Assembly: GCF_031769215.1 (NCBI RefSeq)
Contig: NW_026781978.1
Coordinates: forward strand, 744,001 to 808,000
DNA from: Ylistrum balloti
Lineage: Eukaryota
Reading direction: 5' to 3'
DNA length: 64,000 nucleotides
The translations under genes were made by a program, and so were the position numbers. The notes beneath the pieces were generated by a model, which searched no databases, had not been told where the DNA came from, and worked only from the letters and a program-made list of their open reading frames with translations. Positions 59,101-64,000 of this stretch are shown piece after piece. Within the stretch, counting starts at the first letter, position 1. Each line of letters opens with the position of its first letter.

Positions 59101-61239
59101 TTACATCGGCTTACAGAAAAACACAAACGTTTCATATGGACTAAAGAGTGCCAAGAAGCCTTTGATTGCCTCAAAGCAAAGCTGTGCCAGTCCCCGATAT
59201 TGGCATACCCAGACTTCACTAAACCATTTGTGCTCGACACAGATGCAAGTGACCTTGCTATAGGAGGTGTACTTGCCCAAGTCCAGGATGGACACGAGAG
59301 AGTTATTGCATACGCAGGTCGAACACTGTCAAAGTCAGAGAGGAAATACTGTGTTACAAGGAAAGAGTTGCTCGCCGTTGTCTTCTTTGTCAAGTATTTC
59401 CGCCATTACTTGTATGGAAAACATTTTCTCCTTCGTACAGATCACAGTTCCCTGCGTTGGCTCCTAAATTTCAAGAACCCAGAGGGCCAACTTGCAAGAT
59501 GGTTGGAAGTTCTGAGCATGTATGACATGAAAATCGAACATCGACCAGGATCCCAACACTCAAATGCAGACGCACTTAGTAGGCGACCTTGTCGGAAGTG
59601 TAAGTTCAATCCTGAATGGGACAAGGTAACAAAACTGTCTGTTGGTGGCTTGACAGAGACTGGGTCTAGCAAACAAGAAGAGTCCGACAGGCAACAAATT
59701 GAAACCGGGGGAAAATCCTTGTCAATGCTCCAGAAAGAGGATCCAGATATTATGTTAGTTAAGAAGTGGGTAGAAGACACTACCAAACCAAACACCAAAG
59801 ACGTGCACATGGGTGGTGTAATGGTGAAGTCCCTTTGGTCACAACGGGATATGTTGATAGTCGCGAATGACATACTGTACCGCAAATGGCAAGACTCTAA
59901 AGGCAAAACGTTGCAAGCGGTTGTACCAATGACTGAGCGAAGGAGCATATTGAAGATGTGTCATGATCATCGGACCTCTGGTCATCTGGGAGTAAAGAAG
60001 ACCTTGAGCAAGGTAAGACAAAGCTTCTTCTGGCCTGGTCTACAGAGAGATGTGAGACAATATATAGCAGGCTGTGAAGTGTGCTCAAGAAAAAAAGGGC
60101 CGATGAAAACTCCGAAAGCACCTATGCAAGTAGTTGGTGCCGGTATGCCCATGGAAAGGATAGCAACCGACATACTTGGAGATTTGCCATTGACTAGCAA
60201 AGGGAATCGTTATGTATTAGTAGTGTCTGACTATTTTACGAAATGGACTGAGGCATTTCCAATGCCAGACATGACTGCAGGGACCGTGGCTGATATCATT
60301 GTTAGAGAGGTTGTCACTAGGTTTGGCGTACCAACGGTGATACACTCGGATCAGGGAAAACAGTTTGAGGGACAACTCTTCTCACAAATGTGCGAGGTAT
60401 TGCACATCAAAAAGACTCGAACCACTCCCTACCATCCGGAGGGAGATGGTATGGTTGAGCGGTTCAATCGTACGCTGATTTCCATGCTGGCTTCCTACGT
60501 CAATGACCACCACACGGACTGGGATGACCATCTGCCTTTTGTTACTATGGCATATAGATCTGCAGTTCACGAAACTACTGGCAGTAGCCCTAACGCCCTT
60601 ATGCTTGGTAGGGAAGTATCAACGCCACTGGACATTATGTATGAGCTACCCCAAAACGCAAAGAAAATTCCAACAAACCAATGGGCTTGGGACCTAAAGG
60701 AAAAAATGGAGACAGCTCATGCTCATGTCAGAAAGCATACAAATGCAGAAATGCTACGACAAAAGATCTGGCACGACCAAAAGCTCAGCTGGCAAACCTT
60801 CTCGGCTGGAGACCAGGTCTATGTTTACTTCCCGAGGTATCTACCAGGCCGTTCTTCAAAACTTACAAGTTATTGGAGAGGACCATTTGAGGTAGTAAGC
60901 AGATGTTCAGATGTCACCTACAAGGTACTGTGTGGGACTCGCGGTGCACCACAAATAGTTCATGTAGATCGCATGCAACTGAAGAAAAGACAAGAGCTAA
61001 CAGGCGAGCAAACATCGGACACAGGACCGATGAAAGGTACCTCAGAACCTAAGGAGGGGGAGGTCAAAGACACAGGACAAGGTCCCCAAACTGTTAGGGA
61101 TGATATCATACCCCGTACCTCTGGGGATGATTGTGAAATCGTCGAGGCGAGTGAGGGCGAATGGGGAAACCCATTCACGTCCCGACGTACGAGACGGCCA
61201 CCCCGCTGGCTGGCCGAATATGTTACTAATTTTGATTAG
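56152..61239 (+). CDS. gag-pol: Gag-Pol polyprotein (capsid, CCHC knuckle, aspartic protease, RT, RNase H, integrase), 1695 aa, single uninterrupted frame
   Basis: Gag KPATYDGSGSW...; CFNCGEKGHFQRNC; PR LVDTGS; RT FCVDYRRLN and YLDD; RH LDTDASD; IN HHCC (HDHRTSGHLG...CEVC), DILG / HSDQG / VERFNRT, and GPY/F (WRGPF); no chromodomain seen. Confidence 0.97.
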   Translation: MEDINKTIEELEARIASYGVGQKPGDGPARHSTPRSTTTVVLDEKNTADSGIVTVRSSDVDSGGGLGQSSKDAADLHTKLVQFSPQTPDMDRYGNNTGDGLSQERQGPLSDHYWQESVSSKPLSRPKYWYDDGTYQPRSKCSDTNEAKTRRTPSFNIKPATYDGSGSWLDYKAHFESCAALANWTEEEKGLYLAVSLRGQAQGVLGNLPGGPLKKYRDLVYVLSERFAPPNQTELYRAQLREKRQKATESLPELGQSIRRLANQAYPTAPSDVIEVLAKEQFIDALIDSDMRLRIKQARPASLNEAIRHAVELEAFIKSDQKHRESQGFLRPIAQKEANDQETDQGMKALTAVMTEIQESLAGLKTQVADLESKQRNWRPAPKFRNKGTDGKCFNCGEKGHFQRNCPETRKDNQQGNKKGKANGAKKKEQAGVNRQAGEPGIYVNVEIHGVKGKFLVDTGSTLSLVSECLFTAICSRDRYQHPLTKVPRDILSANGEPLIVSGHTVLPVLIDNHLYKKGLVVARLSVDGVLGLDFMNEEKCVVDVVKRKLAIGQQEVELLSEGRIGCYRVAVADTLNIPPESEMVTYGQVILPPGTAVPKGVSIIEPAPKFLDTDRALVGKTLVSNSETVPLRIMNVSPDVKVVHAGTVVGSLTPIDSVMSCETTSKEKEALTPVLQDLLDRTSEGLTRNQVKQVRALLVRHSNAFAKDNQDIGKTGVVKHSISVGDHPPVKQPLRRLPVHAKQAVDEHIDDMLDRGIIEPSTSPWSSGVVLVKKKDGSTRFCVDYRRLNDATIKDAYPLPRIDESLDQLSGACWFSTLDLCSGYWQVELEEGDKPKTAFSTKRGLYQFKVMPFGLCNAPATFERLMETVLRGLQWDICLIYLDDVIVTGRTFGEMLSNLEKVLQRLSAAGLKLKAKKCTLCARNVEFLGHIISPEGVSTDPGKIQLVKDWPEPTTVTEVRSFLGLCGYYRRFVKDFSAIAKPLHRLTEKHKRFIWTKECQEAFDCLKAKLCQSPILAYPDFTKPFVLDTDASDLAIGGVLAQVQDGHERVIAYAGRTLSKSERKYCVTRKELLAVVFFVKYFRHYLYGKHFLLRTDHSSLRWLLNFKNPEGQLARWLEVLSMYDMKIEHRPGSQHSNADALSRRPCRKCKFNPEWDKVTKLSVGGLTETGSSKQEESDRQQIETGGKSLSMLQKEDPDIMLVKKWVEDTTKPNTKDVHMGGVMVKSLWSQRDMLIVANDILYRKWQDSKGKTLQAVVPMTERRSILKMCHDHRTSGHLGVKKTLSKVRQSFFWPGLQRDVRQYIAGCEVCSRKKGPMKTPKAPMQVVGAGMPMERIATDILGDLPLTSKGNRYVLVVSDYFTKWTEAFPMPDMTAGTVADIIVREVVTRFGVPTVIHSDQGKQFEGQLFSQMCEVLHIKKTRTTPYHPEGDGMVERFNRTLISMLASYVNDHHTDWDDHLPFVTMAYRSAVHETTGSSPNALMLGREVSTPLDIMYELPQNAKKIPTNQWAWDLKEKMETAHAHVRKHTNAEMLRQKIWHDQKLSWQTFSAGDQVYVYFPRYLPGRSSKLTSYWRGPFEVVSRCSDVTYKVLCGTRGAPQIVHVDRMQLKKRQELTGEQTSDTGPMKGTSEPKEGEVKDTGQGPQTVRDDIIPRTSGDDCEIVEASEGEWGNPFTSRRTRRPPRWLAEYVTNFD

Positions 61240-61340
61240 TTAGAGTACCAATAGTATTCTTGTATTCCTGATTTTGTAAGTTGTGAACCATTTTCATACA
61301 TCATCTGAATCCTTTCTTCCCTTTTTTGTATGTTGTAGAG

Positions 61341-62057
61341 ATGGTGAAGACAAAGACCACTCACAGGAAGGAACAGAAATGTCCCATGTGTGCATTCACT
61401 AGTGTAGATATTGAAAGGATGAAGGAGCATATTCTCATGTGTGGTCTGAAGGAAATGGAGAAGAAATCCTTCGTATGTGAAGAATGCCCATTTGCTACCA
61501 CCTCGGCAAGCAATCTTCTCCGGCACACGAAGAGAAGACACAGTGTAGAACAGACGGCACAGCCGGGACCCTCACGTGAAGGAGGTAGCTATTCTACAGT
61601 GAGAGAGGAGGAAGACTCGTGGAAAGACAATGACCCTGGTGATCTTGCTAGCATCCTAGGTGATGTGTCGGACTCTGACAATGGGGAAGACCATGATGAG
61701 TCTGCTGCTGGCGAGGAACCTGATGTAGAGGCCATCCCTGATCCAACGGTGAGGAAGCATACACGGCCAGATCAAGTGTTCACCCCTAAACGGGCGCCAG
61801 AGAAATTGAGTCCCAAGGATCCCAGGAATTGTATCCCACAGAAAGTCCCAAGGGTAGAGAGGCCTCCTACCAATCTCCATCAGGTTCCTAGGGTGTCAAA
61901 GGCGATGGCGAGTGTGTCTACTCAGACAAAGCCAGTTATAGAGAGGCATGTGGTCTGGAAAACGACAAGGTACACAGAAGGAGATAGGGAAATCGAGCTG
62001 GTTGAGATGCATGAGACGGAGACCTCCTGTGGTGTATGCGGACTGTTAGATGATTGA
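61341..62057 (+). CDS. Retrotransposon accessory ORF2: C2HC + C2H2 zinc-finger protein with acidic region and TQT motif (238 aa from ATG 61341)
   Basis: Open frame between the pol stop and the PPT; C-x2-C-x12-H-x3-C (CPMC...HILMC) and C-x2-C-x12-H-x4-H (CEEC...HTKRRH); the ORF track starts it at TTG 61326, first ATG is 61341. Confidence 0.82.
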   Translation: MVKTKTTHRKEQKCPMCAFTSVDIERMKEHILMCGLKEMEKKSFVCEECPFATTSASNLLRHTKRRHSVEQTAQPGPSREGGSYSTVREEEDSWKDNDPGDLASILGDVSDSDNGEDHDESAAGEEPDVEAIPDPTVRKHTRPDQVFTPKRAPEKLSPKDPRNCIPQKVPRVERPPTNLHQVPRVSKAMASVSTQTKPVIERHVVWKTTRYTEGDREIELVEMHETETSCGVCGLLDD

Positions 62058-62198
62058 AGAAATGTGGACGGAAGTGTTTGTGTCCTTCAGACCTACTGAA
62101 AGTTGTACTTTTATTACATATTGGAGACTGTTAGTGTGATCATCGGTGTTTTAGATAGTCTTTAAATGTTCTATTTGTCATGCGGGACGCATCGACTT

Positions 62199-62211
62199 AA
62201 GGAGGGGGAAG
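62199..62211 (+). promoter_or_regulatory. Polypurine tract
   Basis: AAGGAGGGGGAAG abutting the TG of the 3' LTR. Confidence 0.9.
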
Positions 62212-63144
62212 TGTGACGATTTTATTCAGTTAGAGTTATCTCCCTTCATGTAACGTTTTGTATACGTCCTGTTTTGTATCATTCCCCACCTACCTAATTA
62301 TTTTAATTATCGATGATTGACTTATGTTTTCATGAAACTAGTGTTTACTAAATGTGTAATCATACCTGTATAAATAAATAAAAACATTTGTCTTGCGTAT
62401 TTGTGGGTTTTGGTGCTGTATTAATTGAGAAGGAAAATACTGGAGACACCCAGAATAATACATAAGATTTTATGTAAATACTGGTTGAAACCAGTAAACA
62501 AAAAAGAAGATTTTGACAGACGGAAGAAGGTCGGCTATATCACAGGTAATAAAGTATTATAGCACACAGTTCAATTATACTGTTACCAGAAGCTCCTGAG
62601 TAAGGGGTTGCCTGAATAAGGCAGCTCTGGTAACAGTTATTGTTACGTGTGGTCGGTGCCAGTACGTTGACGTGTCAGGTACGCCAGAATCTCCTGAAAA
62701 GGGGTTGCCTGCAAAGGCTACTCTGGTACGCCTGACTACTGATACAGTACTTGGCACAACACTTTGTACTGTGATAATAACAGGACACTGGCAGGCGACG
62801 TCGGAGCTGTACGGTGGTCGGCTCAGTAATAAGGGACGTGCTTGCAGTGTTGTAGTGCTGACAGTCTGTTAGTGTTGCGGTGTGTGGTAGCCTTGTTGGG
62901 CAACATACGCCTAGGCGACGTGATACGTACCGCGGACACATTGTTGGCTCGTGTATGGTGACATGGTGGACAGAGGTACTGTCCTTCTCTGTTGTAGTGT
63001 ATAGATATATTGTTTATTAAATTGAGTAATTGTTCAACTGCTCAGCCAGGTAGCTGAGGAATTCCAATCGCTTCCGGAGCAGGTAGCTCTGTCTAAATTG
63101 AGAGACCCGGCGTGCACGCGCGCTACCATAGGGTGCACGTTACA
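62212..63144 (+). repeat. 3' LTR (933 bp)
   Basis: Same sequence as the 5' LTR; directly preceded by the PPT. Confidence 0.97.
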
Positions 63145-63235
63145 AATCTATTATTTTGTCAGTATATTGTACCCAAATGTACAAAGACACCTCTGCAGAA
63201 TCAATTAATTTGTCAGTATATTGTAACCAAGTGTA
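63145..63235. repeat. Right-hand continuation of the 52-54-bp minisatellite
   Basis: aatctattattttgtcagtatattgtacccaaatgtacaaagacacc resumes the unit exactly at the TSD. Confidence 0.9.
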
Positions 63236-64000
63236 ATGCAATTATACTTGCCAATCAATGTCAAGTATCAATTTCAAACCTTTCCTTTTCATTAACTTCA
63301 ATTCCAAAATCTGTTTCATATAGCAGTATGCCCAAACAAACATTTATCATAACCCTCCGTTCCCACATACACACACAACAGCACAATCATTATTGTGTTT
63401 GGATGAAAAATTAACTTCAATGTATGCCACTTATTCGTCTTGAGTTTGGCAAGCTGTGAGAGTTAAAACAAGTTAGTACAGAGACATACAAATTTAAGGC
63501 ATATTAGTTCCACATTCACTTGATTTTGTTAAATCTGACTTCATAAATACCATAATAATTTATTATCACACGTGACAGCTTTCAACTGAAATCCAGGTGA
63601 GGATGAACTAGGGCTAGTATTGTACTAAGCTCTGCCAATGTTGACGACTGGATGTTTTGATAGAATTTCTGTCCATTTTATGCCACGTTCCACGTTCCCT
63701 ACCCTAATCCTTCTATTGTTAGTAAATCATTATGTCCATAAGAAGGAAACTGCGGAGATAGAACCAAACAGGCTGGGAATGTGGAATTGTTACAGTGAGA
63801 CAAAATATAAAGATTTCGATAATTGGACGGGGTACTTCTAATTCTAATCAATTCCATTATTTCCTTGTTAAACAAAAAATACAATTTCAATTTCACAGAA
63901 TAGAGAGCAAGACACAAGCAATGCCTATATTTAGAACTATTGAAACGATAGTAAAAGGACAATCATTCAACAATTCAGCTTTTTCAGTCAACCGTGAATA

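Larger units (their letters stand above)
55150..63144 (+). mobile_element. Full-length Ty3/gypsy (Metaviridae) LTR retrotransposon, 7995 bp
   Basis: TG...CA LTRs at 55150-56082 and 62212-63144; 4-bp TSD AATC (55146-55149 / 63145-63148); PBS; PPT; domain order Gag-PR-RT-RH-IN. Confidence 0.97.

Noticed and set aside
56940-61880. Antisense and alternative-frame ORFs overlapping gag-pol and ORF2
   Set aside because: Expected shadow ORFs of a long GC-richer coding region; no motifs

Overview
AT-rich eukaryotic (animal) genomic DNA, most likely a bivalve mollusc; this is inferred from the repeat families and the minisatellite-rich introns, not verified. Two intron-containing genes lie on the minus strand: a complete FBXW5-like F-box/WD40 gene (8 coding exons, ~608 aa, 2109-10531) and a complete anoctamin/TMEM16 gene, ANO7-like (21 coding exons, ~877 aa, 19997-47906). 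An intact and apparently very young Ty3/gypsy LTR retrotransposon occupies 55150-63144 (+). It has 933-bp LTRs that look identical by eye, a 4-bp AATC TSD, a tRNA-Leu PBS, a PPT and a single 1695-aa Gag-Pol ORF, and it is inserted into a 52-bp minisatellite. The rest is ~18 minisatellite arrays, I/Nimb-type LINE 3' fragments and Helentron/HINE-like remnants. Three observations stand out. (1) The retrotransposon carries an accessory ORF in the env position, preceded by a splice acceptor, encoding two zinc fingers, an acidic region and an LC8-type TQT motif. (2) Its LTR holds a duplicated three-way-junction RNA motif capped by GNRA/GNRNA loops inside a long structured U5-like region. (3) At least five exon-intron junctions have been tandemly copied into the flanking intron, creating decoy splice sites and seeding minisatellites. 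All coordinates, splice models and structures were read by eye; none was computed or database-checked.
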